Shown piece after piece: positions 57,129 to 64,000 of a stretch of 64,000 nucleotides of DNA. The stretch covers positions 711 through 64,710 of the forward strand of contig JADFLW010000001.1 in the NCBI GenBank assembly GCA_022564195.1. The letters run 5' to 3'. The stretch comes from Patescibacteria group bacterium (GTDB taxonomy: Bacteria; Patescibacteriota; Microgenomatia; UBA1400; Chisholmbacteraceae). A program made the translations under genes and the position numbers. A model generated the notes under the pieces. The model was not told the origin of the DNA. It saw only the letters and a program-made list of their open reading frames with translations, and did no database searches. Position 1 is the stretch's first letter; every line of letters begins with the position of its first letter.

Positions 57129-58043
57129 ATGAAGCGAGTGAAGGCGATTCTGGATTTTGACGGGACTTTGACCGATGAGACTCGGCAAGCCCAGGAACTC
57201 GCTTCGATTGCCAAGCGGATGCTTGCCGAAGAGATCCTTGAGGTACCCATAGAAGAGGTCGAGACACTTTACCGCGAGATTCGAGAGGAGATCCTACGCA
57301 GACCCCATCGATATTGTTGGGAAGTCAATGGTCTTCCAGCTACTTATGCCTGTGAAGGCGCGTATCTTCTTAATACATCTATTCTTCAGGAAGTAATTCG
57401 CTCAAGTCCCAGTTACGTACGGAAGATTCGCAAGCGCTTTCCGCAGAAATCTCTTGACTCGTTGACCCTATGCTCCAATCACCTTTTCCACACCGGGACT
57501 CTTAAGACTAGGACGCATTTTTTGGATGGGGTGCGGGAACTTCTGGTTTGGCTGATTGAGCATGAGGCGATTGACCCGTGTATTTTGTCGAACTCTGAAA
57601 CCCGCAAAATCAGCAAGAGTTTGTGTTTGCTGAAGATCGGAGAGCGCGGAAGTGACCACGGCTTTGACTATGAGATTGAGATTCTTGGAGATACACGGCA
57701 GTACCATATGGATGAGGAGTGGGGAGAGCATTTTGATCACGGCGAGTACGGCGCAATCCAGGTTGTTCCGGTGAATACGCATTTTTCCATCGATCTTCGT
57801 CGGCCGGTGTATCATGCGGCTCTGAAGAAGGTCGTGGCGGAAGGACATGATGAGGTTGTTGTGGTTGCGGATGGCTTATCGCTCGCTGGCGCCTTGCCGC
57901 TCATGATGGGGTTGCGGTTCATTCTGAAAAAGACCGATCACACTCCTTCTTGGAGTGAGGAGTTTGTCTCTTTGCATCCGAACGGATCGGTGGTTGAGGA
58001 AATTGGGCAAGTCAAGGAAGCGCTTATCTCCCTGGTTGAGTAG
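57129..58043 (+). CDS. HAD-superfamily hydrolase (predicted nucleotidase/phosphatase)
   Basis: motif I ILDFDGTLTD; first ATG after GTG 57126. Confidence 0.7.
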   Translation: MKRVKAILDFDGTLTDETRQAQELASIAKRMLAEEILEVPIEEVETLYREIREEILRRPHRYCWEVNGLPATYACEGAYLLNTSILQEVIRSSPSYVRKIRKRFPQKSLDSLTLCSNHLFHTGTLKTRTHFLDGVRELLVWLIEHEAIDPCILSNSETRKISKSLCLLKIGERGSDHGFDYEIEILGDTRQYHMDEEWGEHFDHGEYGAIQVVPVNTHFSIDLRRPVYHAALKKVVAEGHDEVVVVADGLSLAGALPLMMGLRFILKKTDHTPSWSEEFVSLHPNGSVVEEIGQVKEALISLVE

Positions 58044-58047
58044 TTTG

Positions 58048-58719
58048 ATGGATAGACCTTCTTGGATTTCTGAAATTCTGGCATTGGGGTGGGATTTGGA
58101 CGGGACGCTGTATCGATCGTTTCCTGGGGAGACTGAACTGACGGATATGATTCGCAAGAGGCAGCTGGCTGCGGTGGCGAGCAAGCAAAGATGGGATTTA
58201 CGACGCACTCAGCGTGAATATCGAAAACGGTATCTTGAGTTGGGGAGTAATACGAAGACGATGACGTCATTTGGGATAGATGGAGTTGATTTTTTTACCT
58301 CCATTTGGGATGAGATTGATCTAAAAAAATACATACAACGGGATGGGCGTATCACTGAGCTGTTTGAGCGTTTGCCCGGAAAACGGCATTTCCTGATCTC
58401 AAACAGCAATCGGATCGATCAGATTGAGAAAAAACTCCATCTCATAGGGCTGGATCCAAATGTGTTTGAACTGATTGTCTCGACGGTGGATTTAAAGGCG
58501 GTGAAGCCGGATCCGAAACCATTTCTGGTTGCTTTGGAGAAGCTTCAGTTGAAACCTGGGCAGGTGCTGTTTATCGGCGATCGGGTGACGACGGATGTCA
58601 TGGGGGCGAGGGGAGTCGGGATGCGAACCTGCATGGTTTGGGGCGAGAGTAAAGCGGCTGACATCTCGCTTGCGACGGTGTATGATGTTGGTCGGTTGTT
58701 CAGGGAGGGAAAGACATGA
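58048..58719 (+). CDS. HAD-superfamily hydrolase (second; haloacid-dehalogenase-like phosphatase)
   Basis: motif I LGWDLDGTLY, motif II ISNSN, motif IV GDRVTTD; start ATG 58048 overlaps upstream stop. Confidence 0.7.
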   Translation: MDRPSWISEILALGWDLDGTLYRSFPGETELTDMIRKRQLAAVASKQRWDLRRTQREYRKRYLELGSNTKTMTSFGIDGVDFFTSIWDEIDLKKYIQRDGRITELFERLPGKRHFLISNSNRIDQIEKKLHLIGLDPNVFELIVSTVDLKAVKPDPKPFLVALEKLQLKPGQVLFIGDRVTTDVMGARGVGMRTCMVWGESKAADISLATVYDVGRLFREGKT

Positions 58720-59801
58720 ACGTCTACTTCGGTGCTTCGGTAACGCTTTCTCGAGACTTACTGCCCGTTTATCAAAAGATTGTTTCAGAGATCAAACGGC
58801 AAGGGCATCGTGTCCTTTCCGAGCACGTCGTTGATCCGAAGCTGAAGACAACAGGCAAGCTCGATGCGCGGAGAATCTTTGCCGATGAGGTTGCCAAAAT
58901 TGAGAAGGCAGACGTTATGGTCGCTGAGGTGACCGAGCCTTCTTGGGGTACCGCTTTTTTGGTTGAGGAAGCGCTCGAGCAAGGGAAGCCTGTACTGGCC
59001 CTTTACTTTAAAGATGCTGAGACGCCACTTCCGGTGATGATTCAGGGTCATCCCGAGCTTTATGTTTCCCACTATACTGCTGATAACATCAAGACGGTGC
59101 TTGCCAAGCACTTTGAGCATTTTTCTCAAGCGAATGGTCGGCGCGGCAAGCTTGTAGTGATTGATGGGGCAGATGGATCGGGCAAATCGACACAGACGAA
59201 GCTTTTGCTTTCGTATTATAAAAAGCACGGAATCGCTCACACCTACATTTCATTTCCACGGTACTACACCTCGTTCCATGGTAAACATGTCGGAAGATTC
59301 TTGGCGGGGGAGTTTGGGGGTAACACTGACGTCAGTCCCTACCTCTCATCGTTGGCGTTTGCGCTGGATCGGTTGACAGCCCGGGATGAGATCGTTGAAT
59401 GGCTCAGAGAGGGGAAGATCGTGGTGGCGGATCGATACGTTTCGGCTAGTCTTGCCCATCAAGGGTCGAAGCTGCCTCCGCGCAAGCGGAAAGCATTTCT
59501 CGACTGGCTCTATCGTATGGAGTACAAGGAACACAAGCTGCCAAAAGAGGATGTGGTGATTTATCTTTATGTTCCTGTGGAGGTTGCTCAGAAACTCCTC
59601 CGAAAGGAGGCGCGTCGGAGGGATGTTGCGGATGTTGATGTTGAGCACCAGCGGCGTACGGTCGCTCTCTATAGACAGCTGGTCAAGAGGTACAGATACT
59701 GGGAGATGATTCGTTGCCTGAATTCGAAGGGAGAATTGTACCCGAAGGAAACGATCCACGAGAAGATCCTCAACGCGTTGCGGCGTCGGGAGATCATCTG
59801 A
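58716..59801 (+). CDS. tmk: fusion protein: N-terminal nucleoside 2-deoxyribosyltransferase/Rcl-like domain + C-terminal thymidylate kinase
   Basis: N-domain ..VYFGASVT....GTAFLVEEALEQGKPVLAL..; C-domain KLVVIDGADGSGKSTQ P-loop and ..DRYVSASLAHQ.. Tmk motifs. Confidence 0.75.
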   Translation: MNVYFGASVTLSRDLLPVYQKIVSEIKRQGHRVLSEHVVDPKLKTTGKLDARRIFADEVAKIEKADVMVAEVTEPSWGTAFLVEEALEQGKPVLALYFKDAETPLPVMIQGHPELYVSHYTADNIKTVLAKHFEHFSQANGRRGKLVVIDGADGSGKSTQTKLLLSYYKKHGIAHTYISFPRYYTSFHGKHVGRFLAGEFGGNTDVSPYLSSLAFALDRLTARDEIVEWLREGKIVVADRYVSASLAHQGSKLPPRKRKAFLDWLYRMEYKEHKLPKEDVVIYLYVPVEVAQKLLRKEARRRDVADVDVEHQRRTVALYRQLVKRYRYWEMIRCLNSKGELYPKETIHEKILNALRRREII

Positions 59802-59844
59802 GTGCTTGATTGTGGGTTGACTTTGTTCTAGGAGATACCTAGAC

Positions 59845-60324
59845 TTGAATACCAGAGCGCTTTCACAAAGCTCTGGTATTTTTGCGGCAAATATGAGAAA
59901 AGAGGCGCCTACTTGCCAACAGCAAGGGACATTTCGATCTACGTTTGACGAGAACGGACGGGGTGTACGAAGCGACGAGGTCTCTATCTTCGTTGAGGGA
60001 GCGGTTGAGCGGGGTGGAGTCGTGGATCAGTACGCCTTGGCCGATGAGATCGGGTGCAGTTTGAGTATTGTGCGGGATCATTTACATGCCCATCCGCTTG
60101 TTCAGGTGAAGAATGGAAGAGGGAAAAGACTCACGTTCTGGTCGATTGCACCGCCTCCTCAACCGACGCAAGAAGGCTTGCTCGCTTTCGAAGAGGAGAA
60201 AGCGCATTTTGATGATCGGTTGGGAAGGGACGCTCGAGCTGATTTCTACGGGCTCGTTCGGGAGAGGACCCAGATGGCCAGGCAAAAGAAAATAGGACGC
60301 AGGAGAGTGATACGGCGGTTTTGA
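59845..60324 (+). CDS. hypothetical protein
   Basis: ORF track. Confidence 0.4.
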   Translation: MNTRALSQSSGIFAANMRKEAPTCQQQGTFRSTFDENGRGVRSDEVSIFVEGAVERGGVVDQYALADEIGCSLSIVRDHLHAHPLVQVKNGRGKRLTFWSIAPPPQPTQEGLLAFEEEKAHFDDRLGRDARADFYGLVRERTQMARQKKIGRRRVIRRF

Positions 60325-60358
60325 TTTTTTTCATCCAGAGGATAATTTGCTATAATCG

Positions 60359-60736
60359 TTGCGGCATATGCGTAAAGAATCGCTGAATCCTCCAGTTGGG
60401 GCGGAAGATGCTCCATCTGGTTTCTCAATAGGCTTACCTGGTTTTTTCGAGCGAGGAGGTGGCGCTGCTAGGGGGAGTGGTGGACCTCCTGTAGATGCTG
60501 CCTTAGAATTTCCGGAAGAGCAGGAAGGCAAGACTGGCAAGATACCGCGGTCATTTCGTCGCTTGCCGGTGCCGATTGAGATGGTGAGAGCTCTCTGGGC
60601 CGGCAGCGTTGATCCCGATGTTCATTACAAGAATTGGAGCTATGAAGCTCTTCCTTTGGCTGGATCTGGGACTGGGGAAGGTAAAGAAGAAGTCGTGAGT
60701 TCTGATTCAGCGTCTTCGGAGCAAACTGAGGGTTGA
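60359..60736 (+). CDS. hypothetical protein
   Basis: ORF track. Confidence 0.4.
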   Translation: MRHMRKESLNPPVGAEDAPSGFSIGLPGFFERGGGAARGSGGPPVDAALEFPEEQEGKTGKIPRSFRRLPVPIEMVRALWAGSVDPDVHYKNWSYEALPLAGSGTGEGKEEVVSSDSASSEQTEG

Positions 60737-60774
60737 CATCTTAAGTTTCACTCTTTATATTTTTCACTATACTT

Positions 60775-60799
60775 AGGGCTTAAAAAAAGCCCTTTTTTT
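60775..60799 (+). terminator. rho-independent terminator (AGGGC-loop-GCCCT + T7)
   Basis: read directly. Confidence 0.55.
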
Positions 60800-60830
60800 G
60801 TTTCAAAAATGGGTTCCAGAGGAAAGTGCG

Positions 60831-61592
60831 ATGGTAAACAACGTTGTTGAGAAGAGAGAGATGAGCCATCCTGATCGCAAGTCCATCCTTCCGCGAGGCA
60901 GATTGTACGAGCCGGCACTTCAGGCTGAAACCGCTGCTGCGCTTCGAGCGCTTCTTCGAGAAGATATGGAGGCGCGAGCCTGGGTGAAGGATGATGAGGA
61001 CTACCCTTATCATCCCGGCGAGCCGTTTATCGTCTATGAGCCGATGAACAAGAAGCCTGAGATGGGAGTGGCGGTGCTTCTCGGGAAGCTGGCACGGTTC
61101 GAGCTGGGGCAGGATCATGAACATGGACTTGTGCTGATCGGTGTGCCGCGGTCAGCGACGTGGATGGCGCAGGTGATCATGGAAGCAGGAGTCTTTCCTA
61201 GTGCCCAAGTCGCACACGTCACCAAGGAACCAGCTGACATTCCCGTGGGCGCTTCTGTGCATGAATCCCTGATCCTCTCCTACGCTCACAAAAGAAAGCC
61301 CGATAACTCTCGGGCTCCGGAGGTCGTGTACTTTGTCCATCCTGAACGCATAGCGGGGAAGGATGTCCTTCTTGTTGATGACGTGCTCGCTGAGGGAGAG
61401 ACGGTGATCGGCATGGCGCGGGTTATGCGGGACTTGGGAGCGAATAGGGTCGATGCGGCGGTTGTTCTGTCGAAAGTGCTCCAAGGGGGAAGTAAGAACA
61501 TCCAGGAGTCTCAACTGGTCGAGCAGTTGGTTGAGGGGGTTCGGGTGAGTGCCGTGCGTGGCCCTGGATTTAGGAAGCTTGTTTTTGAATAA
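60831..61592 (+). CDS. phosphoribosyltransferase (type I PRTase fold) domain protein
   Basis: PRPP-loop-like ..VLLVDDVLAEGETV..; track start 60798 is TTG, first ATG 60831. Confidence 0.5.
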   Translation: MVNNVVEKREMSHPDRKSILPRGRLYEPALQAETAAALRALLREDMEARAWVKDDEDYPYHPGEPFIVYEPMNKKPEMGVAVLLGKLARFELGQDHEHGLVLIGVPRSATWMAQVIMEAGVFPSAQVAHVTKEPADIPVGASVHESLILSYAHKRKPDNSRAPEVVYFVHPERIAGKDVLLVDDVLAEGETVIGMARVMRDLGANRVDAAVVLSKVLQGGSKNIQESQLVEQLVEGVRVSAVRGPGFRKLVFE

Positions 61593-61620
61593 AGCAGTCT
61601 CTTTCAGCAATTGAGTTCGT

Positions 61621-62334
61621 ATGCGTACTGTTATCATGACTACTGGTGTTCCTGGCGTCGGGAAGTCGACGTTTATGGCTCTGTTGGAAGCGAAGTTACG
61701 CGGAGATGGTATTCTCGCTGCATTGATCAATGACTACCGGTTTTATTCAGAGTGGAAAGATCTTGAAGGTAATCAAATCTTTTGGGAGCCCTTAGGAGAA
61801 ACATTCAATCTGAAACCAGAAGCCTACGAGCACGTCTCCGTCTATGCGGCTGGTCGACTGGCTGATGAAGTTGCTGACTTTTTTGACGAGGGAAAGCGGG
61901 TGGTTGTCGTTGAAGCTGCTCGGGGTGCTTTTGGAAGGGACAACTATACTGAAGGGTTGTTTGTTCCCATAGCGCAGGGGCTTGATGGCCGGGAGGATCC
62001 GATTTGCTTTGCGAACTTCGAAGTTGTCGCCCCCAGCAAAGAAGTGATAGTGGCGCGGGCGAGGGACCGCATTGGCGAGGATCCGAATGCTGCACCGCCT
62101 GAAACCTGTTTGAAATACTTCGATGGTGACGAGCTTTTTTGCTCGTCGGTTCTTGAGCTTCGCCGATCTCCTCTTGGAGTTACTCCAATCATGAATGAGA
62201 CGGTTGACAACGGTGGAACCATTGAGGGAGTGAAGGCTGTGGTGGAAGGCTTGTATCCCACTATGCTTGAGCGGCTCGGAATTGGAGGCAGTGTAGAGGG
62301 CGGCCGTCCTCTGGACGGGAAAGAGCGGTTGTAG
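61621..62334 (+). CDS. P-loop NTPase/kinase-like protein
   Basis: ORF track; Walker A TTGVPGVGKST. Confidence 0.5.
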   Translation: MRTVIMTTGVPGVGKSTFMALLEAKLRGDGILAALINDYRFYSEWKDLEGNQIFWEPLGETFNLKPEAYEHVSVYAAGRLADEVADFFDEGKRVVVVEAARGAFGRDNYTEGLFVPIAQGLDGREDPICFANFEVVAPSKEVIVARARDRIGEDPNAAPPETCLKYFDGDELFCSSVLELRRSPLGVTPIMNETVDNGGTIEGVKAVVEGLYPTMLERLGIGGSVEGGRPLDGKERL

Positions 62335-62361
62335 GAAGCTTCTGCGTTCCCCTCAATTTCC

Positions 62362-62700
62362 ATGGTATATTACGATGACATGACGACTCCAGAAACCCCT
62401 CAGTGGGTTCAAGATTTACCGAAAGAGTTTCAGTCGTTGATGGAAGAGCATCAAGTTTTCAGTGATAGAAGAGTGCGGTCCGTGTTTGAAGATCCGCTGT
62501 TTGACGAAGATGAGCAAGCGAGAGTGGTCATGTCTCAAGCATTAGAAAGAATCTCGGATCGTTGGGGTGCTGACCGCCGTCTCTTGGTTGTCGACGTCTA
62601 TAGAGCAGTTGAGAAGGCGGCTGAGGACGTGAGCTATATGGGAAAATTACGGCCACTGAAGTATTTAGCTCGAGCCGTGAGAGATTCGCTGTTTTACTAG
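62362..62700 (+). CDS. hypothetical protein
   Basis: ORF track. Confidence 0.4.
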   Translation: MVYYDDMTTPETPQWVQDLPKEFQSLMEEHQVFSDRRVRSVFEDPLFDEDEQARVVMSQALERISDRWGADRRLLVVDVYRAVEKAAEDVSYMGKLRPLKYLARAVRDSLFY

Positions 62701-62786
62701 TGGCGTCTTTTTTTTGCGAGAGAGACTTTGTTGCTGCCCTCCTTCTTATCGGGTGTTGTCGGGCACTGTGATATCATTGAGCGCGT

Positions 62787-64000
62787 ATGGATATGGTGTT
62801 CCGCTTGATTGCCAAAGAGCGTAAACGGCTGCGAGAACAATTGCAGTTGATCCCGTCTGAGAATTACGCATCTTCGGCTGTGATGCGGGCGGTGGGGTCG
62901 GTTCTCATGAACAAATACTCGGAAGGCCAGGTGGGGAAGCGCTATTATCAGGGGAACGTGAACATTGACGATGTTGAGAGGCTTTGTAAAGAGCGGGCGC
63001 TCAAGCTTTTTGGTTTGGATGGGGACAAGTGGGGGGTCAATGTGCAGGGATTGTCCGGATCGCCGGCGAATTTGGCGGTGTACGTGGCGCTTTTGGAGCC
63101 GGGGGAGCGGATCATGAGTATGTTTTTGCCTGAGGGTGGGCACTTGTCGCATGGCTGGCACATGCCGCATAAGAAGGTGAGTTTTGTCTCCAAGATTTGG
63201 GATGTGGAGTTTTATCATGTGGACCGCAAGACGCGGGTCTTTGACTATGATCAGATTGAACGCCAGGCGTTGAGATTCAAGCCGAAGCTCTTAATTTCCG
63301 GAGGGACGGCATATCCTCGTGAGATTGATCACAAACGGATGGGCCAAATTACACGCAAGGTGGGGGCCTATTACCTTGCGGATATTGCCCACGAAGCGGG
63401 TTTGGTGGCGGCTGGGGTGAACTCGTCTCCCTTTCCTCACGCCGATGTCGTGATGATGACCACGCACAAAACCCTGCGTGGGCCACGGGGGGCGATTATT
63501 ATTTCTCGAAAAAAGCTTGCTCAAAAGATCGATTCTGCCGTGTTTCCCGGGCTTCAGGGTGGGCCACATAACCACACCATTGCCGGGATTGCGGTGTGTT
63601 TGGCTGAAGCGCAGCGAGCGTCGTTTCGCCACTATGCAAAGCAAGTGGTCGTCAATGCTCAGGTTCTGGCATCTGAGTTGGCAGCAGCCGGTTTTGACCT
63701 CGTGAGTGGAGGGACGGATAAGCACCTTCTGCTTGTTGATCTTCGCACGATCGGCATCTCCGGGTGGGTGGCGGCTTGGGCGCTTGAGTACGCCAACATC
63801 ATTGTGAATCGGAATACCGTTCCGCAAGAGACCGCCTCGCCGTATTATCCATCAGGATTGCGGATGGGGACGCCGGCAATCACGACGCGCGGGATGAAAG
63901 AGCGAGAGATGCGGCGGATAGCAGGCTGGATCGTTGCGGTCATCGAGCATTCCCGGAAATGGGTGCTTCCGGAAGGGAAGCAGCAACGACGTCTTTTCGC
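62787..64000 (+). CDS. glyA: serine hydroxymethyltransferase, 3' partial (runs off window)
   Basis: hand translation MDMVFRLIAKERKRLREQLQLIPSENYAS..; ..TTHKTLRGPRGA.. PLP-lysine motif; not in ORF track because no stop in window. Confidence 0.88.
   Translation, partial: MDMVFRLIAKERKRLREQLQLIPSENYASSAVMRAVGSVLMNKYSEGQVGKRYYQGNVNIDDVERLCKERALKLFGLDGDKWGVNVQGLSGSPANLAVYVALLEPGERIMSMFLPEGGHLSHGWHMPHKKVSFVSKIWDVEFYHVDRKTRVFDYDQIERQALRFKPKLLISGGTAYPREIDHKRMGQITRKVGAYYLADIAHEAGLVAAGVNSSPFPHADVVMMTTHKTLRGPRGAIIISRKKLAQKIDSAVFPGLQGGPHNHTIAGIAVCLAEAQRASFRHYAKQVVVNAQVLASELAAAGFDLVSGGTDKHLLLVDLRTIGISGWVAAWALEYANIIVNRNTVPQETASPYYPSGLRMGTPAITTRGMKEREMRRIAGWIVAVIEHSRKWVLPEGKQQRRLF

Noticed and set aside
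62697-63218. Minus-strand ORF 62697..63218 and plus ORF 63478..63705
   Set aside because: Both lie inside the clearly recognisable glyA reading frame (62787 to window end). They are shadow ORFs.

Overview
This 64 kb window looks like chromosomal DNA from a small-genome bacterium at roughly 50% GC. Many proteins carry Lys/Glu-rich N-terminal extensions and the conserved gene clusters are fragmented, which would fit a CPR/Patescibacteria-like lineage; that placement is inference only. Everything here comes from reading the sequence and the supplied ORF track. No database search was run.

Core genes recognised by motif:
- rplL, rplJ, rplA and rplK on the minus strand, with nusG and secE further along. 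The usual secE-nusG-rplKAJL block is broken by inserted genes.
- Four tRNAs: Thr(TGT), Tyr(GTA), Thr(GGT) and Trp(CCA).
- rpmG (L33, 51 aa, absent from the ORF track), rpmB (L28), galU, rpoD (true start at 23258), truB, rnhB, nadE, nadD, fmt and def.
- mreB, a PAP2-like phosphatase, mreC, mreD, mrdA, dprA and topA.
- A tightly packed nucleotide-metabolism operon: class II RNR nrdJ, a 523 aa ThyA-family protein with a ~190 aa N-terminal domain of unknown function, a kinase-fold protein, a P-loop kinase, two HAD phosphatases, a deoxyribosyltransferase-like/thymidylate kinase fusion, a PRTase-like protein, a second P-loop protein and a 3'-partial glyA.

Accessory and unusual content:
- A RelE/ParE toxin-antitoxin pair next to tRNA-Trp, followed by an AT-rich single-gene cassette flanked by ~45 bp direct repeats.
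- A ~115 bp palindrome-containing repeat present inside two unrelated coding genes (fmt and an O-antigen-ligase-like gene), read in different frames in each.
- Several (7 bp)x4 tandem repeats inside coding sequences.
- Two copies of a ~40 bp extended palindrome, and two copies of a 15 bp palindrome.
- A YbaK/ProX-like pseudogene with two +1 frameshifts at T-runs, sitting between tRNAs.
- A duplicated, degenerate 3' half of tRNA-Thr immediately after the intact gene.
- A tandem array of paralogous small acidic proteins between nusG and rplK.
- A 690 bp intergenic region dense with hairpins and two terminator-like elements.

No CRISPR array, rRNA or reverse transcriptase was seen.
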